A DNA stretch of 63,029 bases, counting the filler, from Stramenopiles sp. TOSAG23-2 (lineage: Eukaryota): NCBI GenBank assembly GCA_900128395.1. It is 7 parts of 7 records of this genome, joined end to end, with 100 filler letters (N's around TTAATTAATTAA, not from the genome) between each part and the next. Parts side by side here need not be neighbours in the genome. Positions count along the whole stretch, not along the records: positions 27,477 to 54,672 come from LT649420.1; positions 54,773 to 56,346 come from LT652662.1; 5 more parts are not named here. One strand, given 5' to 3'. Below the pieces are notes generated by a model. That model saw only the letters and a list, made by a program, of their open reading frames with translations, made no database searches and was not told the DNA's origin. This document shows, piece by piece, positions 44,626-56,446 of the stretch. The first letter of the stretch is position 1, and each line of letters begins with the position of its first letter. The position numbers were made by a program, and so were the translations under genes.

Positions 44626-46932
44626 ACACAATTCAATCAACAACAACAGCAACATCATTTTGCAGTGGACAGAACTTCAAAAGATAGAACGGATATACAA
44701 GAAACCATGTCGAACATGTACCATATCTCGGAGGATTTATGGAAGGATTCCAAAAAACCACAAAAAGCGGAACAGGATACAGTTACCTATTTAAGACAAA
44801 TTGAAGGTTTATTAGATGATTTTTCAAGGAATGAGTTTAATAATGGAAAAAAGAAGGAAGAAGATGCAAAATCCATGGAACAAGACGAAGATGAAGAAGA
44901 TGCATCGGAGGAAAAAAACATATTAATTAAAAATGTCTTTGAAGAAATCAAAAATCAAGAAGCTGCATTAAGTACAGATAAATATTCTAGCAATATTATT
45001 GAAAAAGTATTAAAACATGCAACTGAGGAACAATTAATTCACTTTGGTTTAGGTATACAAGAATATTTTTTATTTTTATCATCTAATCGATATTCATCTC
45101 ATGTTTTGCAAACGTATTTACAACTAGTAGGAAAACAAATGGAACTATACGATGGAAATGAAGAAGATATGTTAAAAATTTCCATATCGTCTTTAGATGA
45201 TGATGATGATGATGATAATAACAATAGTACGATAAATAATATCAATATTAGTGATATAATATGTAATTTATGTAATTCAATTTTAGGTTTAAGTGATAAT
45301 AATAACAATGAAGATAATACTTACAACAGTAGTAGTAGTAATAATAATAATAATACAAAATCAAAATGGGTATCATTAGCACGTGATATATGTGGTACGC
45401 ATGTTCTACGTTCGTTATTATCAGTTCTAAGTGGTCGACAAGTACCAAAAAATTCTAGTGGTGGATTTTCTAGTAAAAAAAAGAAAAAAAAAGGTCAAAA
45501 AAAAGGTCGTGCATCATCCAATCAAAGTGGTAGCATGGCAACATTAAATGATCCAAGTAGAAAAAATGAAAATGTAACATATAGTGTTCCTAATAGTTTT
45601 ACGTTAATGTTCATAAAAGCTATGGATACAATTCAAGAATTGCCGCAAGCTAATGTATATGACCTTTGCTTTGATAGCAATGCAAGTCCTGTAATGCAAA
45701 TATTATTATTGTATTCAGAAAATAAAAAAGCAGTAGATGATTTAAGCAAACATATATTAGATTGGAATGAATTTGAAACGTTAAAAAATAAATTATCTGC
45801 TGGTGATGGTGATGATACGACGAAGATAACAGATTCAATTCATAAATGGTTAGATGAAATGATACAAGGGCGTAGTAGTAGCCATGTTGTGGAAGCTATG
45901 TTACGCGGTGTCTCAACAAATTTTTTTGATACATTTTTTCAAAATTGTTTAGTAGGACGTTTAGCAAAATATTCACAATTGCCATCTGCAAATTTTGTTG
46001 TACAGCAACTTCTTGCATGTTTACGTGCCAAAGAACAAGTTGCCATTTGTGTAAAGGAATTAGTGGTTGTTATACCAGAGATATTAGGCGCAAGAACATG
46101 CTTAGGTGTAATTTGGCGTTTATTGGAATCATGTATTTCTCATAAAACAAAGGGAAAAGATGTATCGCGTGCATTAATACAAGCAGCTGCTGCATCGAAA
46201 CGGGATGTTGTCGAATCATTATTGGGTTTTACACTTGGCACTTCATCCGTCGTAACTATGGAAGAGCATCCACATGAAGGTGGTAATAGCAGTAGCACTT
46301 CAGCAAATGACAATAAAAAGAAAAAAGGTTTATATATTGATATTGCCGGTGCGCGTGTGATACAACAATTGTTGAAATTGCATTTCAGTGTATGTCGTCC
46401 AATATTGCAAAGTATTATTGATTTACCACCTCGAACATTGGCAGCATTAGCTAAAGATCCCGTTGGCAGCCGTGCGGTAATTGAACCAGTTTTAGATGGG
46501 GTTGATGAATTTAATCCATTTAAACAAAAATTAGTAGATAAATTAAGTAATTGTTATGTAGGACTTTCAAATGATCGTTTTGGCACATATGCTTCACAAA
46601 AATGTTTTGCAGTTGCTACATTAAAACGTAAGGAAAATATAGCTACTGAATTAGTAGCTGCATTTCGTATTTTAGAAGGCAATAGTTTTGGTCGTCATGT
46701 AGTTCAATCATGTAAATTACAAATGTTTAAAACACAAAAATATCGTTGGATGGAAGAAATGCGTGGGTCACAAAATAGAAAACGTGTATTTGAGAGTGTT
46801 TTTGGTAAATCTGATAATGATAAAAATAATGATGAAGATAATGATGGTGACGAAGATGCTGATGGAAATAGTAAAAAGAAAAGGAAAAGGAAGCGAAAGA
46901 AAAAGAAGAAGAAGAAGAAAGAACAGGAGTAA
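44626..46932 (+). CDS. NOP9: Nucleolar protein 9 (Pumilio-repeat 18S biogenesis factor); start uncertain
   Basis: Pumilio-like repeats TDKYSSNIIEK, NRYSSHVLQT, DICGTHVLRS, SSHVVE, SANFVVQ, DPVGSRAVIE, NSFGRHVV. Frame open from the duplication boundary; first ATG at 44707. Confidence 0.9.
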   Translation, partial: TQFNQQQQQHHFAVDRTSKDRTDIQETMSNMYHISEDLWKDSKKPQKAEQDTVTYLRQIEGLLDDFSRNEFNNGKKKEEDAKSMEQDEDEEDASEEKNILIKNVFEEIKNQEAALSTDKYSSNIIEKVLKHATEEQLIHFGLGIQEYFLFLSSNRYSSHVLQTYLQLVGKQMELYDGNEEDMLKISISSLDDDDDDDNNNSTINNINISDIICNLCNSILGLSDNNNNEDNTYNSSSSNNNNNTKSKWVSLARDICGTHVLRSLLSVLSGRQVPKNSSGGFSSKKKKKKGQKKGRASSNQSGSMATLNDPSRKNENVTYSVPNSFTLMFIKAMDTIQELPQANVYDLCFDSNASPVMQILLLYSENKKAVDDLSKHILDWNEFETLKNKLSAGDGDDTTKITDSIHKWLDEMIQGRSSSHVVEAMLRGVSTNFFDTFFQNCLVGRLAKYSQLPSANFVVQQLLACLRAKEQVAICVKELVVVIPEILGARTCLGVIWRLLESCISHKTKGKDVSRALIQAAAASKRDVVESLLGFTLGTSSVVTMEEHPHEGGNSSSTSANDNKKKKGLYIDIAGARVIQQLLKLHFSVCRPILQSIIDLPPRTLAALAKDPVGSRAVIEPVLDGVDEFNPFKQKLVDKLSNCYVGLSNDRFGTYASQKCFAVATLKRKENIATELVAAFRILEGNSFGRHVVQSCKLQMFKTQKYRWMEEMRGSQNRKRVFESVFGKSDNDKNNDEDNDGDEDADGNSKKKRKRKRKKKKKKKKEQE

Positions 46933-47162
46933 ACAGGGGGAAAATGAGGGAAAGCACCATTTATAGAGAGAGAGAGTTTTTTATTTTAAAAACAACTAGT
47001 GCTAATAATAATTTTTATATTATTTTTTTTATATTTTTTTTCTAATAATGACGGTATATTTTGATTGATTTAGTTTAAAGTAATAAACCTATATACTATA
47101 TGTATATATATATATAATATAATACTACATATATTTGATTAACAGAAAAGGGAGGATAAACT

Positions 47163-48695
47163 ATGGGAATATCAAGAAACATTTATCTCATGACGTTATT
47201 TGCACTTCAAGTAACTCTTTTGCTTTATACGCTTTTTTTTATGAAAATTAGAGCAGAGGATCATCATCATAATAATTATATTGAAATTAATAATAATAAT
47301 AATAATGAACATTTTTTAGAAAATTGGGTCAACCTGATGAAACCTGTATTATACAATGAAACCATTTTAGATTTAAGTTGGCCTGGTAGTCACGATAGTT
47401 TAACGTCTGATTTATCTACAACATTTTCTGGGCATGCAAATGACATTCCACCAGCATTGGCATGGTTGCTTCATACATTTGGATCCATAATTCCAACTGT
47501 TGGTGAATTTGGTAGGGCACAAGCAAAAACCCAGGGTCTGAATATTACTGAACAGTTGAATTCTGGAATACGCTTTATTGACTTTAGAATTCAGTATACA
47601 TCGGCAAAACCTTTTTCAAAACAATCTGCATTTTATTGTTTACATTTTATGCAAAGTAACAAACCAGCAATTGAATATTTAAAAGAAGCAAAAGTTTGGT
47701 TAGATAACCACCCGAATGAAATCTTAATATTCTGGATTAGTAAACATGGTAGTGAATGTGGTGCACAAGAATACGCTTGTACAGTAGAACAGCGAAAACA
47801 TTGGTGGGACGAAGTCGAACAATTATTTGGTGATACATTATTAAATCGTATTAAGACTCCAATAAATGAAACAAGTATTGGTACTTTAATTGATACAACA
47901 AAATCTAGGGTTATCATGTATGTTGCAGATTATCAAAACATGACTTCTAATTCACCAAATGCTACAGATTCATGTTATATTGACAATCGGTTAGATGGCG
48001 GTGTAAATAATGAAGCAAATTCTTACGTCTCACAAATCAATCAATTCAATAATAGTAAAGCTGATAAAGCATCATCTAAAAAGAAAAATAAATTTTTATT
48101 AGTTTCCATGGCAGTAAGTTAAAAGGTAGATCATACTACTATACCTGGTATATTGATTATATAATTTCTAACCACAGCATTTTATATTATGTATGATACA
48201 ATATATTAATAGACATCAGCAGGGACATCTCTGATAAAAGATTCCTTTTTCATTCACTATTTCAAAAGTAAAAAATCATTGAAAGATTGCGCAAAATATT
48301 TAAATCTCCCAAACGTATCAAATTATTGTACTACAACATTACAAGATTTAAGTCAATTATCAAATTATTACAATCAAATATCGTTAGAAAAAGCACATGC
48401 GAATGGGTATGAATTTCCTAATGCTATATATATAGGTGCGATTGACGTGAATGGGACGATACGCACAGGTACGGATGTATTTGATGCTGATGATGATAAT
48501 ATGCATACAACTTCAAAATATGCTTATGTTTCTACATTATTATTGGGTAATTTTAAACGTGCAAATTGCGCAAATTATAAAGTTCAATGCGATCAAATCT
48601 TGTCATTCCTAAATGACAATCGAAAATCATATCCAATGACGGTTTGGGATGATGTAGATAATGGTAGATTAGTAAATTGGCCAGCAAAAGTATAA
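47163..48695 (+). CDS. PI-PLC X-domain (PLCXD-like) protein with signal anchor; intron 48114-48212
   Basis: LSWPGSHDS and TQGLNITEQLNSGIRFIDFRI motifs. GTAAGT donor at 48114, CTAAC branch, TAG acceptor ending 48212; the phase-0 splice joins in frame to ORF 48279-48695. Confidence 0.88.
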
Positions 48696-49234
48696 TACGA
48701 AGTAATTATATATTTTATATTAAAAAATATTACTCGTATAATATATATGATATCCCAATGAAAAACTTCCCTCTCCTCTGTTGATGCACATGATATTAAT
48801 CCATCTTTGTCTTTTTATACGAGAGTTCTTTTTATGGTTTACACACACTCTGCTGTAGAGCTGGGAGAGGGGAGAGGAGAGAGAGAAAAAATATTATTAC
48901 AAAACACGCAACCTTTTCTTTTTTAAAAAATAATACGAACTTTTTACTTTTTTTTAAAAAATATATATCGGCACAACGCACGCACTCTACTCTCTTCTCT
49001 CTCTCTGCCCTTTTTTTAACTTCGTAAATTTTTTTTTTTTCTTTTTTCAACACCACCACAGAATATGATAGTTGTATTTCATTTTATTTATAAATTATTA
49101 AGTCTAAAATCTTCTCCTATATGTGGCGACAAACTAACTAAATTCTTTTTTAGCATATACATACATATAAACACATGCTTTACAAATGCCAACCTAATGC
49201 ATTTTCACTATTCCATATGCATTGATACACATAC

Positions 49235-50326
49235 TTATTTAATATCAAAATATGCAACTGCAATAGTTGTATCGTCAACCACTTGTTCCTCACGCATCCA
49301 TCGTTTGTGTGATTCTTTTGCCAATATATCAACAGCTGCCTCTGGATTATCACGTGGAACATCTTTGATTAAATCAAGTGCTTCTTGATTATCAATAAAT
49401 TCCCATAATCCATCAGATGCAATAATCAAAGTTTTGGTGGTATTTGTCAAATCTACAATATATGTCTCCGCTTCTGAAATCACACCAGCACTATGTGCTA
49501 CTGTATCCCCTAATGAACGTGACATAGCAAGTCCTGGAATATCCATATGTTTCAACCAAACACGTGCTGGTCCATCCACACCATCATCATATTGTACAGC
49601 AAATACACGTCCGCCATTTGCTTCAATACGTTTTTTCTCTTCAACGTCATCTGGCTTATGATCAATGGAGACTTCCTTTGCAACAATGCGCCCATTCGTT
49701 GCCAATTCACCTAAGCATAATCGTGAATCCCCGCAGTTTGCACAATATAATTTTTTATCCAACGTAATAACACCTGAAACAGCTGTAGTTCCACTAAATT
49801 CTGTGTCAATAGATGGATCGTTTAAAACTTTTTTTTCAATGGATTTAAAATGCTTTGCCAACGCCGTGTTGATGCCTGCGCCACCGCGTTTGTATGCAGG
49901 ATCGGAAAAAACTGCTTCTGCATATCCAGTTTTGAATGCTTGGGAAACCAAATGTCCAGCTTCACCATGGCCATCCCATACACCTAACATAAAATTACCA
50001 GTCTCTTTATCACTTGCCATAACAAGTCTGTCTTGGTTTTGCTTACGTGGATTATATGGTGCATAACCTTTCTTTGAAACACCTGCATAACCAGTAATAA
50101 ATGCCATTGAACCGCCAGTAGCATCGTCATCTTCCGTATTCATCTTTGACATACCTTCAATCAATTTATTATCAGATACTACAGATAATCTACGCCTAAG
50201 TTGCTTTACATTACCTCCTTTCTTGTTATTATTATTAAGTGTTTTTTGCCCTACACCTTTTGGTGAGTCTAAATACGTTTTAGCTCCACCACCATTGCTT
50301 TTTAATTGTCCAAGACGTCCAGCCAT
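49235..50326 (-). CDS. Protein phosphatase 2C family phosphatase
   Basis: NQDR, GVWDGHG, SGTT, ANCGDSR, DHKPD, GLAMSRSLGD, IIASDGLWEF, DDTT. Probable start MAGRLG at 50326. Confidence 0.95.
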   Translation of the reverse strand: MAGRLGQLKSNGGGAKTYLDSPKGVGQKTLNNNNKKGGNVKQLRRRLSVVSDNKLIEGMSKMNTEDDDATGGSMAFITGYAGVSKKGYAPYNPRKQNQDRLVMASDKETGNFMLGVWDGHGEAGHLVSQAFKTGYAEAVFSDPAYKRGGAGINTALAKHFKSIEKKVLNDPSIDTEFSGTTAVSGVITLDKKLYCANCGDSRLCLGELATNGRIVAKEVSIDHKPDDVEEKKRIEANGGRVFAVQYDDGVDGPARVWLKHMDIPGLAMSRSLGDTVAHSAGVISEAETYIVDLTNTTKTLIIASDGLWEFIDNQEALDLIKDVPRDNPEAAVDILAKESHKRWMREEQVVDDTTIAVAYFDIK

Positions 50327-50606
50327 GGTTCGCGTTATATGTTTGAAGAATATGTTGAAATATGTCCTGAAAGTATTGTATATAATATATTCTATATACA
50401 ATTCTGTTCTGTTCTATCAGAGAATATGTGTGTACACCTTTCTACTCTATTTATATTACATTTAATCTCTCTCACCTCTTAGTTGGGATTCATTTATTCA
50501 TTGTTTTTTAGTTTGTTTATAAAAAAAAAAAAGATCGCGAATCCTTGGATTTGGTAATGCTATCGCCATGTTAAAACCATGCATATTGCCAAGAAAATTG
50601 TCTTCG

Positions 50607-50786
50607 GAATATTAATATCTTTATGTGTGATGCATATCGTTGCACAATCATGACGAGGTGGATTAAAGCAGCACTAGTATGGGAATAGCACTAGCAGAAT
50701 ATTAATATCTTTATGTGTGATGCATATCGTTGCACAATCATGACGAGGTGGATTAAAGCAGCACTAGTATGGGAATAGCACTAGCA
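50607..50786. repeat. Perfect 90-bp tandem duplication
   Basis: 50607-50696 is identical to 50697-50786. Confidence 0.9.
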
Positions 50787-50799
50787 TTGAGGAAACCCT

Positions 50800-51530
50800 G
50801 ATCAGGACACTATGTCATGCTGTGCAAAGGGTATCCATTTGTACACATGTATTACCACATGTGTACCAATGGGAGGAGGAGGACAATAAGAAATCCAACC
50901 AAAATGTTCAAATCTTGACCATATAAATCAATATTAAAGTCATCGGCATTTGTGAACATTTGTACAATAATAACAATCATCTAATGGCATATTTCCATCA
51001 TGACGATGTTTTCATATTGCTCAATATAAATTTTATATAATAATATTTCTTCACAACATTCTCAAAGACCGATACACAATTTCCTGTATTGAATTTACCT
51101 AATCCTGTGTTTGTTAAACCTTGTATAGCATTCAATGCTAATATACAAGGTTTTCCTTTGAATCAAAAGGTGACAAAGCCAGCTGGCCCCTTTGCTGAAG
51201 ATTCAGCAATACTGTTGTAAAGATGTTTTTCAAGTGGATTTGTTGAAGCTGCTGCAATTTCATATAATACATTTTGAAATGTAATTAGCAAATTGTCTCC
51301 ATGTACAACATTATTGAATTTGTTAAGGAAATGCAAGACAGCATCTACAAATTTCACTGCACCTGGGTCAGTGAGTGTTTTGTTCCCATTGTACCATTCA
51401 CAAGCAGTTCCCCAATCTATTTCTTTAAGATTGCAATATAACATTAAACAATTTTGTCGATCTTTCATATTTTGCATTTCTGCTGCCTTGATAAATGGTT
51501 CTGGGATTGGGTTTGGTTCATGTTACAATA
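50800..51530 (-). pseudogene. Decayed coding-like sequence of unknown family
   Basis: The 104-aa ORF 51163-51477 continues in frame past TGA (FKGKPCILALNAIQGLTNTGLGKFNTG..) and upstream past TAA; several further stops and frameshifts. Confidence 0.35.
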
Positions 51531-51550
51531 TATTCTTTTTATTTGCATTT

Positions 51551-52523
51551 TTTAGTCGGCCGTCTAACGTGTATCTTCTTATGTGTAGTGTTATTTTTGG
51601 ATATAATTTAAGGTAAAATGTCATTTTCAAGGCCTGTGTAGTGCTAATTGCATTTTTTTGCTGATGAGAACATTTTTTTGCTGATGAAGAAGAAATGTGT
51701 TTTTTGTTGGGAATATAGATTGTTCATTTAACTATGCATTTATATTTAATACATTAAATGGAAAAAGATATTATCATAAACTAAAAAATTAAAAGTAAAA
51801 TTTTATTTTATATTATCTAAAATTTTAAATATATTATCTAAACATGTATTCAAAACATCTCTCACACCAAACATATTATTGTTATAAAAAATACATATGA
51901 TTTCATAACAATATATTTATGCTTGTGTGCGTGGTTATTTTGTCATACAAATGAAGAATATAACAATACACACTATTGGTTTTTAAAAAGTTAAATTTGA
52001 ATTTCAACCATTTAAATGATCAAAAGTTCGTTTTGGATAATTTGATAATGAGGGGAAGTACCTCATCAATCAATAGCTTGTCTGATGGATGTAACCCTCA
52101 CTTAAATGTTCCAATTCCGATTGACGAGGTAACTATTCCCATTATCAAATTATCACCAATTTTGTATCTACCTTTTTTCCCGTTGGTCTTGCACATGATG
52201 TATCTTTTGCATGTATTTAGCATGTATTAAATATTTTAACATTTGCATTAAAAAATTTGTAAGTACAAAACCTACCATTAGAATAGCATTAGAGCTTTTA
52301 AAAATAAAGTGTATTACTATTGATAAATATATGGACCAATTTGTTGTAAATATTAATTTCATCGAGTTAGCACTACACAGGCCTTGAAAAAGACGGTTTA
52401 CCTTAAAATATTCCCCAAAATAACACTACACATAAGAAGATTGACGTTAGGCGTCCGACGCTCTCCTGAGCGTCGTGTGTTCCGACTAAATGCTCTCCTG
52501 AGCGTCGTGTGTTCCGACTAAAT
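51551..52523. mobile_element. TIR element with ~93-bp imperfect terminal inverted repeats and internal hairpins
   Basis: 51555-51647 versus the reverse complement of 52367-52459 aligns ungapped with about 11 mismatches. Internal 36-bp inverted repeat 52036-52071/52119-52154. 32-bp duplication 52460-52523 at the right end. Confidence 0.75.
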
Positions 52524-52730
52524 TTTCTACCATGGCGAACGCCTGGAACGCACGAACGCATGAACTACCACTTCGTAATGTACAAACACTTTTGTGTTGT
52601 TGCTGTTTTACACACCCTTCCTCATAATTTTAAAAAAGAGAGATATTTTTACGAATATTTCGTGTATTTATTTTAATATATTTATAATAGTTACAATTTT
52701 TCTCCCCCTTTTTCTTGTTCTTTCTTTTTT

Positions 52731-53663
52731 TTATGTTAATGATTGACTTAATTGATTATGTGCACCATTACGATGTTCATTAAATTGTTTTTCTATCTCA
52801 GCATTTTGTTTCATTAAATTTCGATGTTGAGAAGCTACTTCATCAAATGTATTATCTTGCAAACTATAAGTAATTGTCGTGACAAATTTTTCACGATACC
52901 TGTTCGTCACACCCAATACAATTAAACGATCTTTAATGGCTGTACAATATAAATGGTTTAAAGTGACATGTTGTGGTATTGGTAAATGTACACCATGAAC
53001 TTCCGGTGCAGTATGATTTAATATAATATGTCGTAATTGTGATGGTAAATATGGAGGTTCTTGATCATATTGTTCAGGTGATGGAATATCTTGACCAAGC
53101 TCTTCTTCTGGTACTATATGCGATCTAAAATCTTTTGTTTCATCTAATGTGCTTCGAAATTGAGTCAAGTCTAACATGTTATTTACATTGCCTTGCGCAT
53201 CTGCTAATGTCGGTTGATCTGGTGAAAAACGCCATTCACCATCGACTAAAAATTTATATATATATTTACCACGTGGCAACGTGCAAATGTAAGAAAAATC
53301 ATTACCACTACGGTGCATTGGAATATTTTCTTTCCAACCGTTAAATGTACCTGAGATGAATACGGCATTTCCACCATGTTCCCATCGAAACACGGAGACC
53401 AGATCATCTGTATTATTATTATTATTATCATTATTATTATTTATTCCACCAATAGGCATATCAGTATTATTACTTGGGTTATGATTCGGGTCCCCGTCGT
53501 TAAAAGATAATAATAAGTCATTTTGTGCTGAATTAACTGTATCATACCCATCTAACGATCTACGATATAAATCTTGATGCAAATTGGATGAATATTGCAT
53601 ATCTACATTGGATGATCCATCCGGCATGTTTGCCGATCCATCTTTTGATGATAGCACACCCAT
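52731..53663 (-). CDS. AMPK/SnRK1 beta regulatory subunit
   Basis: MG myristoylation start, CBM48 (FRWEHGGNAVFISGTFNGW..YKFLVDGEWR..GNVNN), ASC domain (PPYLPSQL..LPIPQHVTLNHLY..RYREKFVTT). Confidence 0.95.
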   Translation of the reverse strand: MGVLSSKDGSANMPDGSSNVDMQYSSNLHQDLYRRSLDGYDTVNSAQNDLLLSFNDGDPNHNPSNNTDMPIGGINNNNDNNNNNTDDLVSVFRWEHGGNAVFISGTFNGWKENIPMHRSGNDFSYICTLPRGKYIYKFLVDGEWRFSPDQPTLADAQGNVNNMLDLTQFRSTLDETKDFRSHIVPEEELGQDIPSPEQYDQEPPYLPSQLRHIILNHTAPEVHGVHLPIPQHVTLNHLYCTAIKDRLIVLGVTNRYREKFVTTITYSLQDNTFDEVASQHRNLMKQNAEIEKQFNEHRNGAHNQLSQSLT

Positions 53664-54369
53664 TTTTAAATATGTATGTATGTATATGTATATGTGATTA
53701 TATCTATCTGTCTATCTGTTCTATTACATTTAGTTTTAGTTGATATTTCCGGAATGTATATTATTTGAATCAATCGATCCCATTTTTTTCGATATTATTT
53801 TCTCCTCGAGTCGAGCCTGTTTTTAGTGCTATGTCCATACAAAACGTAACCCATGGTATGTGCATGCTAGATTTCAATGATCCGAATTTAAATTCGTCAT
53901 TTTATTATGATAGAAAAAAAAATTATTTACATTTAAAATATAGAAATATAGAAAGAATAAAAATACTGTAAATTACTTTTGTACCCTTATATATAGTATC
54001 AGTACACACATCTCATTTATTTTTAATTTAATTTGGTACCCCCGTGTAATACGAGTTCGTATTATTTTTTACAGTGTGTGTAAAATTACTTTTTGGAAAG
54101 ATATCAAACTAAAGTTTTCACGACTAATGAAAGTGGCATTGATGAATCGTATTTATCCACTACGTAGTTTCTAAGCTGCTTCCCTTGTCTTTCCATATTA
54201 TATACTTTGTTGTTGAAAATATTTATTTTTTTACTCGTTTTATTAGTATTATGGCATCTCATCTTCTTCTGGCCTTTATTAGCTTTTAAATACTTTTTTA
54301 AAGGTTTCTTAGCCATATTATTACTTATGTTGATGCGCAACTTGGGCGAGACAATACTTATATTGTTAT

Positions 54370-54672
54370 TTGCATTATGTGCTTGCATACGATTTGAACA
54401 TTTCCAAATAGTTAAATATTTGATTGAACAAGGTGAAGCTGATCCTAATATTGGTGATGGATTGAATGCATTACATTTAGCAGCAAACCAGGCCATTATT
54501 GATTATTTATTCTCCATTTTGCTAGATGGAATAACACTTAATACATTCAATGCGAGAGATGAGTATAAGAAGTTATTTCCAAAATCGTGTACGCCATTAG
54601 TATGTGCATGTGAATACGGACGTTTTGAGGATGTGAAATTATTGATTACAGGCTATAATGATGTGAATGGTA
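54370..54672 (+). pseudogene. Ankyrin-repeat gene fragment, truncated by spacer
   Basis: EHFQIVKYLIEQGEADPNIGDGLNALHLAA and TPLVCACEYGRFEDVKLLI. The repeats look internally deleted and the 5' part of the ORF is non-coding-like. Confidence 0.6.
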
Positions 54673-54772
54673 NNNNNNNNNNNNNNNNNNNNNNNNNNNN
54701 NNNNNNNNNNNNNNNNTTAATTAATTAANNNNNNNNNNNNNNNNNNNNNNNNNNNNNNNNNNNNNNNNNNNN
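54673..54772. other. Artificial contig spacer
   Basis: 44N-TTAATTAATTAA-44N. Confidence 0.98.
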
Positions 54773-56346
54773 ACAAGAACAAGTATTGGAAAGGCAGGCA
54801 AAAAAAGATGCAAAAATTGCTGCGCAAAAATTAACAGAAGAAGAAGAGTTAAAAAGTTTAGCAGCACGCGGACTTGATATGTGGGGCCGTCCATTAAGAC
54901 AAATTGATCCACAACAACGGCAATTATCCGCACGAGGAAATAATAATAATATTAATAATCCTACAATACAACAACAATACTCCAATAATCAAGGCGGAAT
55001 AAAGCCAAATTATACTTCGTCGCCAAAACATCATTATCACCATCAAACTAATATTGTCGGAAATCGAGGTGAAAGTTTGGACCAAGAGCAAGCTGGTGAC
55101 GGTGCCAATCGTCAATTTATGGGTGCATTATCAAATATGTTTGGTCCAAGTGATCAGGAGCGTCAAGCAAAAGAACGTGCACGCGAAAAATTAAAAAGAG
55201 ATTTAGCGGAACAAGTGGCAAGAAAGAAACTAGAGAGGCAACGATTGGCAGATGAACAAAAAAGGCGTGAAGAGGAAGAGTTACGTGAAAATGCAGCAAA
55301 AGGTTTGGATTTATGGGGTAGACCGTTGCCACCTGGAAAAAAAGTTCCACAATTAAATTTACAAGGAGGGGGGGGAGGACATCAAAAAGTTGGTAAATAC
55401 AAATCTCCACGTGTCCGAACAAGTCCAAGATCATCTAGAAATCAACAACAAATGTATGATGGAAACATCGATAGGCCGAAAACATCTCCAAAAACAGTAG
55501 TTCCAAAAATAGATTTGTCATATAATCGAGTAAATAACAACGACCGTTATGAGAACAATATAGGACCAGAGTATGAAGAAAACGAATCGATATCAACAGC
55601 AGCAGCAGTGGTATTGAATAGTAACCACAATGAAATCGACGAGGATCGAATGCCAAGCATACCAAGTAATATAGATGCATTGACTAACTTATGCCATAAA
55701 TTATTAAAAGAACAAAAGGCATTGCGTGAAATAGTAGAAAAGCGGGAAGTTTTGCTAGATCAAAAAATGTCACCAATGCAATCTAAAAAATATGGAAGAA
55801 AGCGTAGACCACGCAATGATAATAATAATAAAGCAAATAGAAGAAAGAAACAGATGAAGCCGAAAACCCCACCAAGAAAATCAAATATGCCTACAAGAAG
55901 ACGCACAACTCAAGAGATTAATAGTTTGAATGCTAATTTACCATTTGGTCGCCGTTTAGCCGCAAGAAAAGCCAAAAGAAATGAAAATTATAAAAAAAAA
56001 TACGAAGATGAAAATGGCATGCCAATAGATTATAAGTTAACAAAAAATCAAAAAGAAGATGCAAAAAAGCGGCGTGCTGCTGTTAGGGCAGAATACGCAA
56101 ATAAAAATCGAAAACGAAATTTTTCACATGCACGAGGTCCATCTAATAACCTTCCCAATCTCGATCTCAACAGCAGACTTGATGGCAAAAGTAAATTTGT
56201 ATATGATTATGATAAAAAAGGGGCCACTATGATGATAGAAAAAGATATACCTGATTCATTAAGTCAAGCAGTAGAGCGTGAAGTACTAAAATATGCTCCG
56301 AAGAAAAAAAATATTACCAACAATAAAAATAAAAAAATGAAAAACA
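54773..56346 (+). CDS. Coiled-coil protein fragment (CSPP1/CCDC66-like repeats), open at both ends
   Basis: Frame is open across the whole contig. REKLKRDLAEQVARKKLERQR..EEEE helix and duplicated AAxGLDxWGRPL motif. The family call is tentative. Confidence 0.6.
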
Positions 56347-56446
56347 NNNNNNNNNNNNNNNNNNNNNNNNNNNNNNNNNNNNNNNNNNNNTTAATTAATT
56401 AANNNNNNNNNNNNNNNNNNNNNNNNNNNNNNNNNNNNNNNNNNNN
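56347..56446. other. Artificial contig spacer
   Basis: 44N-TTAATTAATTAA-44N. Confidence 0.98.

Noticed and set aside
51163-51165. Selenocysteine or alternative-code readthrough of TGA
   Set aside because: The same region also has TAA stops and frameshifts, I saw no SECIS, and TGA is used as a normal stop in LTN1 and the PHD-bromodomain gene.
54207-54370. Hydrophobic N-terminus making a membrane-anchored ankyrin protein
   Set aside because: Starts at a non-ATG codon in T-rich sequence; likely non-coding DNA read in frame with the ankyrin fragment.
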